From NCBI GenBank assembly GCA_964106915.2, contig OZ066914.1: a stretch of DNA of 64,000 nt. One strand, 5' to 3'. The stretch comes from Podarcis gaigeae. Lineage: Eukaryota. The position numbers were made by a program, and so were the translations under genes. Positions 13,554-26,240 of this stretch are shown piece after piece (the stretch's first letter is position 1; every line of letters starts with the position of its first letter). The notes under the pieces were generated by a model. It saw only the letters and a list, made by a program, of their open reading frames with translations, was not told the origin of the DNA and did no database searches.

Positions 13554-13865
13554 GTCTAATTGATATGATATAGTTTATGATCATGAGATGACTATGCAAA
13601 AATGTCACTAATAGGTATAGGAAGTTGTATTATTCAGGTCACAGTGCTCAATCCAATATAAATTTTGTGCATCTTCCAAAGCTTAGATATCTGACTGTCA
13701 GCTCACCACTATAGTCGTATATAATATTTAGAAGAATTTCTTGTGTTTTCCTTACCAGCACTTCAAAGTTGTTGTTTGCTATGTTATTAATAAAGCTATG
13801 GCCCTTTAACCTCATATGGTTGTCATGTGTGTTCATTCTGGTGTGTGGGTGTGAGAGGGACATCA

Positions 13866-13950
13866 CATCTGTATAGCACTTTCACGGTTTTTAAAGTGTT
13901 TCACAAACATTATCAAGTTGTAATTCTTACAACAGCCCTGTAGGGTAAAG
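13866..13950 (-). mobile_element. MIR/CORE-like SINE 3' remnant
   Basis: tgtatagcactttcacggtttttaaagtgtttcacaaacattatc...cttacaacagccctgtagggta resembles the reverse-complement MIR-type tail as I recall it. Confidence 0.5.
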
Positions 13951-14785
13951 CATCAAAACAATGTGAGGTATATATTTCTTTTTCTGTAATTTTTTCACTG
14001 TATCAATACTATATTGCAAGTACTGAATGTTCAGTGCAGTCCTATATATTATGATGATATGTAGCATAATTCTGAAACTGCAGTTCTCCTGAAAATAGTT
14101 GAAAGAGAAATTGCTTACATGGTATCATTCAAGTGTGTTCTCATAAATTTATTGGTGGCTTTGTGCCTAAAAAGCTTTCCCTGATTTTTGGCATGAAGAA
14201 AAGAAATAAATTGAAAAAGGCAAGAGGTGGAACCAGGCTATATTACCTTGCATGAAAATCCTTCTTTTTTTCTTTTTTTAAAAAAACCTTTTCTCCTAAC
14301 TGTCCCTGTGTGAAGACTAATACCTTTGATTGCAATTTATTTAGTGATTAGTAAATTTGAAATATTTACAAGCTGGGACACAAATACATGCACACACATG
14401 CATATTTCCATGTTACATCACAGAGCTCTTATCCTTTGGCAGTCCCATTCATGTACCATTTTGTTATTTAATAAATATATCTTTGGAAATTAGGATTAGA
14501 GGGGGCTTAAGAGTTTATCATAATCACATTTTTATGATACTGTGAAGAATTAAGGGCGCAGTCACATTAACATGGTACCTCTGTAAGGAAGCCTCCATGA
14601 TACTGTATATTTATAGTTTCATAATAAAATGAAATGTTAATCATCCAGCTAAAGTAATTGTCATCTCTATGATGATAAAAACAAAGGTTTCAGGACCCAG
14701 TTACTGATTCACATGCCGTTATCTGAACAGACATTAATGGAATTGCTGATTTCATGGTTTGGCAAGCGCTTCTGATACTTCAAGG

Positions 14786-15559
14786 CAGTGGTTTTCACCC
14801 TTTTTGAGTCCAGGGCTCCCTTGACCAGCTATGTTCTTTCTGTGGCTCCCCTGGGAATCCCCACTTATGCAAGGGTTTCATTCTAGACCACTGTTCACAT
14901 CGCCAGGATGAGAGTAAGTGGGGATCCTCTCTACTCTGTCCCTGCCCCACCCCTTTCTAGTGCCATTTTCAATGTGTGTGTAAGTGGGAGTGTGCGTGCC
15001 GATTGTGCACAAGTGAGGATTCCCCTGTACCAGGTAAAAACTTGTGTTGTTTTGCCATTTAGTGGTTTTGCATATTTTTGTTTTGGGGCAAAGATGCCCT
15101 GCCTGACCTCACCTTTGTGTTTGGTCTGGATCTCCCCCCCCCCCCCCGTCTTTGATGCAGCAGAGAAGGGGAGCTAGGAGGGGGAATAGAGAGAGAAGCC
15201 ACTGTTTCTGCAGAGGCATGTACATTTTATCTTTAATGTGGGGTGGCAGGGTTTGTTTTTAAAGAAGAGGGTGTGAGAGGAAAGGGCACGCACATGGAGA
15301 GAGAGACGGGGAGGAAAAGGAAGAGGGAGCAATACAGAGAGGAGCTTCTACATAGCACACCGGAATAGTACAGGGGGAAGGACTAAGAATCTAGGACATA
15401 TCTGGGAGAAGGTGGTGTGGATTGGCGAGAGTAGGCAGGAACAAGGAAGGGGAAGGCAGTGGGATGGAGGACGAGGTGGGAAGAAAGGTTGGCTGGGGCG
15501 CCCCTGAACATTCTTCAAGTCTCCCCTGTGAGCTGTGGGTCGCCAGCTGAAAATGACTG
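14786..15559. mobile_element. hAT-like non-autonomous element with a nested MITE-like insert
   Basis: TIRs are CAGTGGTTTTCACC and GCTGAAAATGACTG. The 8-bp TSD cttcaagg / ctttaagg matches at 7/8. Confidence 0.75.
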
Positions 15560-16824
15560 CTTTAAGGAGAAGAATTCTTAGTGCCCACTGCAAACATCAA
15601 TCAAATGAAGAGAATAGCATCACCATTTCCAAGCATGTGCATGCACACACAGTCTCTCTCTCCAAAGACAATATAAAAAGGCAAGTTAAAAGACTATATT
15701 ATTATAAGGCAGTTTGAGCTACAATACCATAGCATAATATCTCTAACCTATTTTGGCTCCATTGTCTTCTTAAACTCAAGCAATCAGTACTCATCCAGGA
15801 ACAGTAAGCTTATTATTATGCAATCAGGTTACCTCACAAGTTCTTGACAAACACACCCCTTGCAGATACAGGACAAAGGAAATTCTCTGCCACAATGTAC
15901 TTCAAGTCTTTTCCTCTCTAAAAGTACTGCATAAGCTTTATGCCATGAGGTGAGATCGCTCAGGAATGGTGTTTATGTTAGACACACTCACAAGAATCAA
16001 CGGGTTGAATGAGCAGGTGCCCTTCTGTAAGCTGAGGGCCTCTTCTGCATGCAAAAGAACTTTTTCTGCCTCTGTTCAAGACCACTGTGTAAGGAGAGAG
16101 AAAGACTATTGAAATGTAGAGGTGCACTTACATCTGTGGCAGGCATTGTGCTTTCTTGCACAAGGTCTTTTTAAATTCTCTCAGAATTATTTTATTATTA
16201 TTATTACTTAGCAGCCCTTTTTGTGGCTTTTTATATGCTTTCAAATATTGCCCAACCCCAGGCTTCTTGAAGTTCATCTTTGCTGTGGCGAATTTTGTAT
16301 TGTAACTGTGTTTCCATGGTTTTGCATTGTATGTTACATTTCATGTTACATTTTTACATGCTCTACCCAGAGCATTTCGGTTATAGGCTGACATAGAAAT
16401 TAGGACTGTGCACTGGGATCTAGCCGAATCCAAAACTGATTAGGGCTAATCTGGGTAGATCCGCCCTTTGGCCAGCACGGGTTGATAGAGCTCAGGGTTG
16501 GCCAACCTGAAGCAATATGGGGTAGTCTAAGGCTGTCATAAGATGGGACATCAGGTGGCGGGTGGGGGGGGGGAATAAGGAAAGGCAGGCAGCTTCTGCA
16601 AAGAGTAGCGCAGAGCCGTTTGCAAAGGGGCTTTCAATCAGTCACACATTGCACTTGGCTTTGTGTGCCTGTTCCCAGTAGGGGAACATCAGTACACAGT
16701 CAAACTGAGCAAAACTGAACCCAAAATTAAGCACAAAAATGGCTGAAAGTCATACTCCTTTTCAGGAGGTCAATACAGATGGGTTGTATCTAGGCACTGA
16801 AGGCGGCAAAATGTTGAGCAGAGA

Positions 16825-17409
16825 CAGCCTTGCCAAATGTCCCTATTTTCCAGGGATGTCCCTGATTTAGAGAAGCCATCCCAGTTTCTGAATTGATCCC
16901 AGAATGTCCCGCTTTTCCTTAGGATACCCCTATTTTCATTGACAAAATATTGGAGGGTATGGAGTTATCCAACACCTGAGCTGTCTGAAGGAAGCCCTAT
17001 ACAGTGGTACCTCAGGTTTAAAGAACTTAATTCATTCTGGAGGTCCGTTCTTAACCTGAAACTGTTCTTAACCTGAAGCACCACTTTAGCTAATGGGGCC
17101 TCCTGCTGCAGCCGTGCCGCCAGAGCACAATTTCTGTTCTCATCCTGAAGCAAAGTTCTTAACCCGAGGTAATATTTCTGGGTTAGCGGAGTCTGTAACC
17201 TGAAGCATCTGTAACCTGAAGCATATGTAACCCGAGGTACCACTGTATAAGGATGTTTTTTATGTTTAATGTTTTATTATGTTTTTTTAATATAGGAAGC
17301 TGCCTAGAGTGCAGGGGCAATTCAATAAGATGTGTGGGGTATAAATAGTAAAATTATCATTATGCAATGGGATGTCCCTATTTTCATCAGAAAAATGTTG
17401 AAGGGTATG
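16825..17409. mobile_element. non-autonomous DNA element (hAT-like) with a duplicated right end; host of MITE copy 3
   Basis: Repeated TGTCCC(T)ATTTTC motifs. The terminal motif CCCTATTTTCAT..AAAAT(A/G)TTG(G/A)AGGGTATG occurs at ~16922-16961 and again at ~17369-17409. Confidence 0.6.
17002..17245 (+). mobile_element. MITE family A, copy 3 (nested in an older element)
   Basis: TA|CAGTGGTACCTCAGGTTT ... TAACCCGAGGTACCACTG|TA. Confidence 0.9.
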
Positions 17410-17619
17410 CAGAAAGTGAGAGAGGGATAGGCGTAGGCTTTTGCACAGCATCAAAAGCACAGAAGAGGCCCTTGGGATTCCTAGGCTGAGTGTAAGTGTG
17501 AATTTAACTACGTTGATGGCAGAGGAGAAAGATTTTTTATCACACTGTTCCATCCGTTAGATTACTCCCACCAAATGGCTTTCAATACAAAAGTCACAAA
17601 TGCAGTAAAAACTATTCAG

Positions 17620-17685
17620 ACTCTTGCTGAGGTACTTTGGACCCAAGCCATTTAGGACTTTAAAGGTCAGTGTCAGCATTTTATC
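17620..17685 (-). mobile_element. L2 LINE fragment
   Basis: The minus-strand translation LTLTFKVLNGLGPKYL is typical of the L2 ORF2 C-terminal region. A similar plus-strand motif (tttaaagtcctaaatggttta) lies at ~1357-1390. Confidence 0.6.
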
Positions 17686-19094
17686 AGCTGATTGATGGGA
17701 AAAGAGGATTGCAATTGGATAAGTACAATGCACCATCAAAGATAATGGAATTATTCATTGTATGTTTCAAGGATCAGTAGGTTTTGTGACAATTTACCGT
17801 CTGCACACCAGGTTTGATAACCTCCTTAAACTTAATGTTCTAGACTAATAGATAATAACAAATGTCTGATGTCTTGATGTAGTGAGTACACAAGAATTCA
17901 CACCTCACTGAAACTTTTTTGTGTGATTTGCAATAAACATATGGGAATATTCTAACCATGGTATATTGCTGAGAATATTAATCTTGTATTCTTGTCAGTC
18001 CTGCTTGTTTATTTTATTGTCTTATTTCTTATATTTTTAAACTTTTGTGTATTATATAATATTGTAAGACAGGACTAGTACTGGGCCCACAGAAAAATGA
18101 AGCAAAGTGCTGAAAAGAAGTTGTGTGTCAAACAGTGGTGAAAAATCAACCCAAAAGATCACTGAAGGGGAGCACATTTCACAGGCAGGTAAAATGTTCA
18201 CAAAATGGGTATTTATTAAGTCAAAATAAAAGCGGCAGAATCTTTGGTTCCATCAGACTAAAATCTAGTTTTATACAGAATGTGGATTGTGCAAAAATAT
18301 AAAAGGGTCAGTAAAAATATTGTCACCCCAAGAGTGTAAATACTGAAAGACGTGTAATAAAGGATCTCATTGTTTAGTTTGGACTCTTCCATTTTCCTAA
18401 AAATGGAGAACAAATAGGAACATCAAAAGGAAGTGAACTGAACAAGGTCAACGGAGCAGGGCAAATCTAAATGGTGAAGTCCACTGCAACATGATGAAGA
18501 TTATTGAAATTACTGGATGCTTACAAAGTGAAATATACTCCATGTTGATTTCCAGGAATAAATGTTGTCAGGATATCCTGCTTATATTCAGGTAATCAGC
18601 TTCTCTATCATCCATGACACAAATAACTAAACATCCTATTCTTCAGCTCCCATTACATTAAAAGTCTAGCCTATATGACATGTCTCCTTGATGTGATATT
18701 GCCAGCTAATTAGCTGAATGATTTAAAGCCTTCAAGATGTTTTCCCATATGAGCTAGTTGCATATCCATTTGTTCTTTTTCCTGTTCCTGTGTATATAAC
18801 TGAGCCAACCTCAAAAAGAGTGGATGAAATTAATCCATCACAAGTAAATGGACAAGAATCATGTTGTCCTGGTCATCAATATGCAATGCTCAACACTGAG
18901 ATAAAACATGAATTTCTTTGAAGTTTGGAATAATTATTAACATGTTTCTTTACCATGCAATCCATAATACACATATACTCAGAAGTATATATTCAGAAGT
19001 ATGCTGAAGTCATCTTGAGTTCCATGAAGCTTAATCCAAGGTAAGTGAGTATCAAATTATAAACCCAAAATAAGAAGGGACCAAACGTTTTTTA

Positions 19095-19269
19095 CAGGTG
19101 GTAACCATTTTAGGCATGTCCAATTGAAGCATGATTGCTTATGTCCAGGTCCTTTTGGACCCAGAAGGGGGCAGGGTGGGGTATAATGGGGCAGGTCACA
19201 CTTATGTACACTCCGCTGATGCACACCTGGGTCGGAAACAGAACCCCCACACAAAATGGTCACCACCTG
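19095..19269. mobile_element. Tc1/mariner-like MITE (second family)
   Basis: TA|CAGGTGGTAACCATTTT ... AAAATGGTCACCACCTG|TA. A 17-bp TIR with one mismatch and a TA duplication. Confidence 0.8.
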
Positions 19270-22200
19270 TATTTAATATGTGCAGATAATTCTAGACATG
19301 CAAACTCAGATGCTACTCCCCTGAGTTCAATGAAACAGAGTTCTAATGAAGTGTGTATAGAATCACAGCCTAAGCCAGCAATCCAAACCTGCTGATGTGA
19401 CCACTTAGGCTCTGCTGATCAACCACTGCATCCACAGTCCAGACATTCACTCCTTGCATCACTAATTGAATACATATGTCATGCTAGACAAGGGAGAGTA
19501 AAAGATAAAGAGACAAAGGAAGGCTGGCTGTGTAGATCACAATTTTCATTACTAAGCTTTCAGCCATCACTTGACATGCACTTTCAAGCTGGAAACATAC
19601 ATCAATACAATTAAAGCTGAAATTCCAAAGAAGCTATATTCTGAATCTGACTCAGATGAGATTCTGAATCTGGATTTGAATCTGAATGTTTATAATCTGA
19701 ATCTGGATTTGTTATATCCTATACCCCCAGAATTTCAACCTTTATCTTAAGACCGAAGTGAATGCTCGACATTCATCCTTAATATATTTGGGGCAACCCA
19801 TCATATCCTTATTTATAATCAAAGTATTCCTCATAATAATAAAAAAGTACCATAAACAGGAAAAAATGTGATACCTTAATTGTGGAATGCTCTCCCCTTT
19901 GAAATTTAGCAAGTATCTACTCTGTTTTCACTCAGATGTACCTTAAAATGTGGCTCTTCGGTCATACCTTTGAAAGTTAATAATGCCCAGCTGGAATGAC
20001 AGTGTTCTTTTACAGTTTCTGTGATGAATTGTTAGGTGCATTTTATTCTGCTCTTAATTATTAGGGAGTGTACATTTTTAGACTGATATTCTTTTCACCG
20101 GTCACAAAATCTCTGGATGTAGGGTAGGGTATAAATGATACAAATAATAATAAAATAAATGAATAAATAAAAATATCCTGAAGGACTTTTAAACTTCTGA
20201 AACATGTCATCAAATTCAAGTGATCTAAAAGGTTAAGCTTAAAAAGGAGTGTGATCAACAAATCTTCCCCTTGCTTTAGAAATACAGAGATAGCAGAAAA
20301 CTTGTCCATGTCTTGTAGGCTTTGTGTTCAAAACCTACATGTAACATTGACAGTGACACCATTATCAAATAACAATGCACAATCATAATAAATACCAGCA
20401 ATTATTTCACCCATTCACCAGTGGTACTTCTTCTTCTAAGCAATGTGAATGATACAATTACAGCTTGTCACAGTGGGAGTCCTTAATTAAGACAAAAACA
20501 TAAAATATATGGGAGTGGGAGAGGTGTATTCAGATAGGTTCATTAAAGGTACTTTGTTTCTTTCTCAGAATCTCATTAGTCTATCACAGCTCATTGGGCA
20601 AAACCCCTAAATGTGGCTAGGATAAGTGTGGCATATAGAATCTTAAGAAAACGGGAAAGGGCTCTGTATTATCTCTGCTCTGCTTGAGTTGCAGCAATGC
20701 CATTATCTATCTGACAGTTGTGCTTTAGCATTATAATTTTTAAAACTGCACATTACCTAGAGGACTATTACATCTCACTTGGTGTTTCATTGGTTACACA
20801 TATCTGGGACATGGAATGACACATATTCATCAGAACACAGCTAGAAATGTCTCTCCCCACCCTCAACATACAGACATACTTTTGAATAAGCTGAGTTGTG
20901 GCAAGAACTAACATAAAGCAGGTCCCAGGTGGTCTCAGAATTGCTTGTGCAAATACATATACTCCAAATCTTTGGAATTGGATATGAGACAGGCCACTGT
21001 TGTTATAGCCAAAACACAGCCATCATTATAAAGGAGACAATGTATGGCATGCAGTTTGAAGCAAATAAAAATAAAAATACTGTTTATGGGGGGTGCTCTG
21101 AGTTAGTCATTTTGCATTTAATTGAGGTTTGAACATACATCTGGTGCTCGGGGGGGGGGGAACCCACCTAGCTTGGAATTCAGTGACCCACCCTGCAAAA
21201 TTTAGGAAGTATTTAATGACATAGTTTGAAAGAATTGAGGCAGTGAAGGGGCAAGAATCAATGCAGAAATGAAATCAGGTCTCTAAAGAATGCAACAAAG
21301 TCCACATTCAAAGCTGATTTCCCTCTGCAATGGCAGCTATACAGATTTAGCCTCCCAAAGTAGGAATTGCAGGAATTGCAGAATTTCTGCTGCTACAACA
21401 AGGATCTGCTTGCTTTGTGTTATTTTCTTGTGAAAGTCAATGCTTATATTAAAATGTGAAGCTCTGGTAATTAAGTAAGTAAATGATGAATTCACACCAA
21501 ACTGGCTTTGATGTATCTGAAAGGAACAGTTGCAGACTCCTTAAGGGTTCTTATTAGATGAGCCTTCGTCATCTAACCATGCATTTTTCTCACAAATAAT
21601 CCCTCAGATGCCCCAATAAGTTACATATAAAGACAAGTGCACACAAATGCAATTAGGGAGCGTGGCTGGAAACTCTTTACCCACATCCATTAAAAAAAAA
21701 TTCCTGGGGTTGATTCCTAATTACAACTCAGTTATCAACACATGGTTTTCATAATATATTCAATAAGCATTTTATCTTTCTGTCACTGCTATTACTATTT
21801 GTCTCATTAGGACAAGAATGAAAAATAAGTATTCAGGAAATCTTTTGATAGTTCTATTCATGATTTAATGCTGTTTCATCTAGTAGCTTAGCAAAAGGCT
21901 TTGAAAAAAACACCACAAATAAAAATAGCACCTTTAAAATATTTATTTATAAAGAGGCTTCATTATCATTAATTAATTTCCCACTTGGCTCATGAACTTT
22001 GTCATATTCTCCCCTCTTTACATTGCAAATAAATTTTAAAAATCCCAACAGAGTATTCTAAAAATTCCAAGGGTACTAAATACTAATTATGGTGATATAT
22101 ACTTGTAACTCAGTATCTTCCCAAAAACCCCCACACCAGATGTGTTGCATTGTGTGATAACTATATTTTGAAAGTTGGAATATGTTATATAACTAATAGG

Positions 22201-24088
22201 AATTAAGCTTCTACAATGAAATGATTTATCCAGCGTGCTATTCCACCATGATTCCTAAGGATGCAAGCAAATGCAAGAATCAGGGACGCTAAACCTTTTA
22301 ACACAGGTTGGTTGGAGAATTTCCAAAGATTTAAAAAGTGAACAGAAGTAGACTTGGTTTTCAGCTAACATTAAGCCAAATGGCTAAACATAGGCACATG
22401 AGAATGTGGTTACTAACAGGAAAATTCACGGCTGTTTTGCTCCTCCTTCTGAACTGCTCCTGTACTACTGGACCTAAGCCATCATTTGGCTTAGCATTAC
22501 ATTAAAACTCAGGCTTGTGGTTTATCTCTCTGAGAGACAAATATTCCTATCTGCTTCTGGGTGTTTCTTCTAATCCAATTTTCCAAACTGGAATGAAGCA
22601 ATTGTATTGGGATTTTTTTTAAAAAAGTGAAATCTTTCCTCCAGTGTTGTTTTCCCAATTTAAATTACCACCGCTGCCTGAAAAGCTGGTATTTGTATCT
22701 ATTCAACTATATATGTCTTATATTTATCTATTCCTTTCTTATTATCCTATGTTTGACTGTAATACAGCATGTGTTGATCTGATTTAACAGAAAAGCAAAC
22801 TTTTAAAAAAATAAACAAGGGCAGAATTAATTATTGTCACAAAATCAGAGTTTAGAAAATAAACATGCAACACCAATGAAAAGCCTAAATGTTTGAGAGA
22901 CCATGAATGCTCTTGGAAGAAGCCAGAACTCGCACCAGAAGAAATATATGCTTTCTTTTTAGGATAAAGGAAGATTGGAAGGATGGAAAAGATCCCATTC
23001 CTGAGACAATATATAGAAGGCAAATAGCATATACCTGGCTTGCTATTGTCTTCCCTGTAACTCAGCAACTGTCTCAGCGCTGTGGAGTGAAGATGGGAAG
23101 AAGCTAACTGTTTCCTTGAAAACTTGCTTTGGGGACAACTGAGCTATTAGTGTTCCCTAAAAAGTGACAATACTTTCTGCAACACATCTTCTAAGTTGTC
23201 CCCACTCCCCTTTGCTAGCAAACAAAACCAAAGACCAAAAGAGCAGGTAACATGGAGAAACCATAGCTTAATGTGGCATTACCATTTGCCAAGTGGTAAC
23301 TTACCACCATATACATATAAAAGCTGGTTGTCTGGATTGTAAGACCAGGCGCAGTGAGCCCGGGTTCACAGGGGGCTGGCAGTGTGAGAATACCAGTAAA
23401 GATAGGAAAAGAGCTTGAGATAAATATGGCCACAACTTTATTGACCACAGGTGTAAGTCCTAGCCCAATTGCTGGTTGATTGCTCCTTTAGGGTTGATTC
23501 TGGGTTAAGGGATCCTCCTGTGTTCAGATCAAATGAAAGCAGACTTGCTACACCACCACTTGTGACATTTTAAAGCCTGTTAACCCCTGTCTGGGTCTTT
23601 GGACAAATGTTTTTCCTTGGACCTCTTTACCAGAGTACCCTTAACAGCTGGTTTCAGTTTTGGCTCAGGATTCAGTGACCAGAACTCATTTTGGAGTGCA
23701 CAGAGGGAGGAGGAAGCTCCGTTGCGCAAATGGATATCCTCATGGGGCACTTCCGCTGATGGGACTGGTTAGGTGAATCCTGCTTAACTAGTTTAGATAC
23801 ACATTTTGCTAAGGTTTTATATTCACCCAAACAATTTTTAAAATGGGTCATACTGCACTGTTACAGTATCACAAGCTCATATTTTACACCAACACAACTG
23901 TGCACCTCTTAGACAATTGCATAAGGTTATGATTCCAAGTCTATGTTTAGCCAAAATGCATGACATTAGCCTTCTTCCCCCCCCCCCCCCAGGAATCTTA
24001 ATTCCTAGCCATCTTGTTTATCTGTTCAAATATTTCCCTACTCTTCCATACATAACAATTAGACAAAATCATTCTTTGCTTCCAGTGC

Positions 24089-24092
<4 letters not shown>

Positions 24093-24131
<39 letters not shown>
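24093..24131. repeat. (AC)n microsatellite
   Basis: Seen directly. Confidence 0.95.
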
Positions 24132-24135
<4 letters not shown>

Positions 24136-26023
24136 CTTTTTCAAATGTTTCCGGGATGTGCAATTTGATGAAGCAACAGTCACAAGGGGTGTTCTTGGTT
24201 ATGTTCCATTATATTGTTAGCTGCCTGTGCTATATAGCCAAGTGTGAAGAAATAAGCCCACTCTTCCTGGAAACATCTTGCAGCATATATAGGGAAATCT
24301 TTATGTCTTCTGTACTTTTACCTGCCTTTCTGTCAAGAGTGCATGCTTCAGTTAGCTACTCTCCTCATATTTCCGACATATTTAATTTTGTCGTTATGCT
24401 CTGATGTATTGATAAATTAGCATAGTTAATTATTTAAACATTACCAATCATGTTCCAGATGGATGCAATTACTTCTCCCTTCAGCACTGTTTCCTGCCCC
24501 TATTTGTTTAATGTGATACATCCTAACCAGAGGCATTTTTCACCATTCATGCAATCTTGATTAACGATACATGAAGCAGTATATCCTTACCAAGTGCTTG
24601 ACTGTATAGACTATTAGAAAATTTCTGTCTCTTATCAGAAGCTGCATGTGTGTGCCCAGCTCCAATATCACAACGCAAGGCAACAATAAAACATACTCGT
24701 TTTTGAATATGTGTGTATTTGCACCAACTCCTAGGGGCCCAGGTCCCTTCGGCCCACCTCAATAAAATATTTGACCTACCCCCCTCCATCGATGGGCATT
24801 TCTTTCTTTTCAACATTTGGAATTCATTTCCCAACAAGCCCTGTAAAAGAACTTGTAAAAGCGTTGTTGGATGGCAAGAAAGCTGGGATTGGGCAAAAAC
24901 CTATGACATGGCCCTCACTATTGGAGCTAGCATGGGTATGTGTGCAAAGGGGTGGGAGCTAGGAGACAAATCCCAGCACCCCCAACTTTCAAACAAGAAG
25001 AGGAAACTTTGGTTTGCATTCTCTGGCTACTTCTGCAAAGTATGTGTGTGTATGTTGCACAAGCTGTCTGCAACACATATTTCCAACAGCAGGAGAAGCT
25101 CCCATTGACAGTCCCAGATATCTCAGATACCCCAGAGCTATGCAGTCATCTTTGCTTAGCTCTGGCCAAACATATGCAGAATTCTGTTTAATTGCCACAC
25201 TTTGAATAATAGTTGTGGACCTCTGAGCTACTGTGTGTGTAAGGGAGCTCTGCACCTGGAAGGAATTCCCTCTTCGTTTCACTGGAAAATCCCAAATAAA
25301 TGACTCTGTTGAAATAAGCAGGCAATCAAAAAATGTAGTGGAGTTCCATATCCTCCAATGGAACTCTGGACTGAGATAAAAGTATTCAGAACAGTCACAA
25401 GACTTCAAATGCACTGAACCAATAAATGATTTCACTGAGTCTTTAAAGGTATCTTGTATTTATACTTCTTTGCAATTATACTCTCTTTTCCTCCCTGGGA
25501 GCACTCAAGAGATGTCTCTTAGACAGTAAATGTGGAATCCCTAGACTTGTCTCTCAGAGCTACTGAGCTCAGGATAAGGACAGGGGCTTGTCCACTTCAA
25601 CAAGAAAAACTAATAAGCCCAAAGGGATGGTCACTGGATGTGTGAGGTGTGAAGGATACGTGGCTTGCTGTGTACTTGGCAAAGTGGGCAGAGGTGCCAC
25701 TCAGCCAACTACATCACAAGTTCATGGGGATGCTGGTAGACAGGTATATATATCACAACCTACTGCAGGTTAATTAATGAATAAAGTTGTATCTCTTATT
25801 TAATCTGAAATCTAGTGTTTTGTCTCCTTATTCTCAAATGTTTGTGCAGTCTACTCAAGTAGATCCTTATTTGAAAGGAAACCTCAAGTGGATTAGAACA
25901 TATAAAAGGACTAAATGCTTAGAAATCCATAATAATAACCATCATTTGTTTATATTTTATCCCCCCACTTAACAGCCCCTTTAAAGCACAACCGCAGATA
26001 AATGTGAAAATTATTTGTCTTAC

Positions 26024-26105
26024 CAGTTGCTGGCCTTGTACACCCCATGCTGCATACTGTAAAACTGAATCCTCTACCTCCGGAGGGTTTAACTCCCAAA
26101 CTTCC
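26024..26105 (-). CDS. DPP10: DPP10 coding exon (82 nt, ~exon 7): (R)EVWELNPPEVEDSVLQYAAWGVQGQQL
   Basis: ttttttcaag|GGAAGTTTGG...CAGCAACTG|gtaag. Phase 2 to 0. Separated from the previous exon by an 82-nt intron. Confidence 0.96.
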
Positions 26106-26187
26106 CTTGAAAAAAGGTAAACATTTTACTTGAACACATTTGCACCATTACATGGCACAGAACAGCATCTATATAACACCATCTTAC

Positions 26188-26240
26188 CTCGTACGTATGT
26201 TATATATCACATATGAAGCCGTATACGAGTAATGAAAAAC
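26188..26240 (-). CDS. DPP10: DPP10 coding exon (53 nt, ~human exon 6): VFHYSYTASYVIYNIRT(R)
   Basis: On the minus strand: ttttacag|GTTTTTCAT...ACGAG|gtaag. Phase 0 to 2. Confidence 0.95.

Larger units (their letters stand above)
1105..26240 (-). other. DPP10: DPP10 gene, partial (8 internal coding exons; gene continues beyond both window ends)
   Basis: The hand-spliced product is [260 protein letters not shown]. It carries the DPPIV-family DWLYEEE, WWSPDG and YPKAG motifs and closely matches my recollection of vertebrate DPP10. Phases are compatible at every junction. Confidence 0.97.

Noticed and set aside
1105-26240. Assignment to DPP6, DPP4 or FAP
   Set aside because: Segments such as EVWELNPPEVEDSVLQYAAWGVQGQQL and [17 protein letters not shown] match my recollection of DPP10 specifically.
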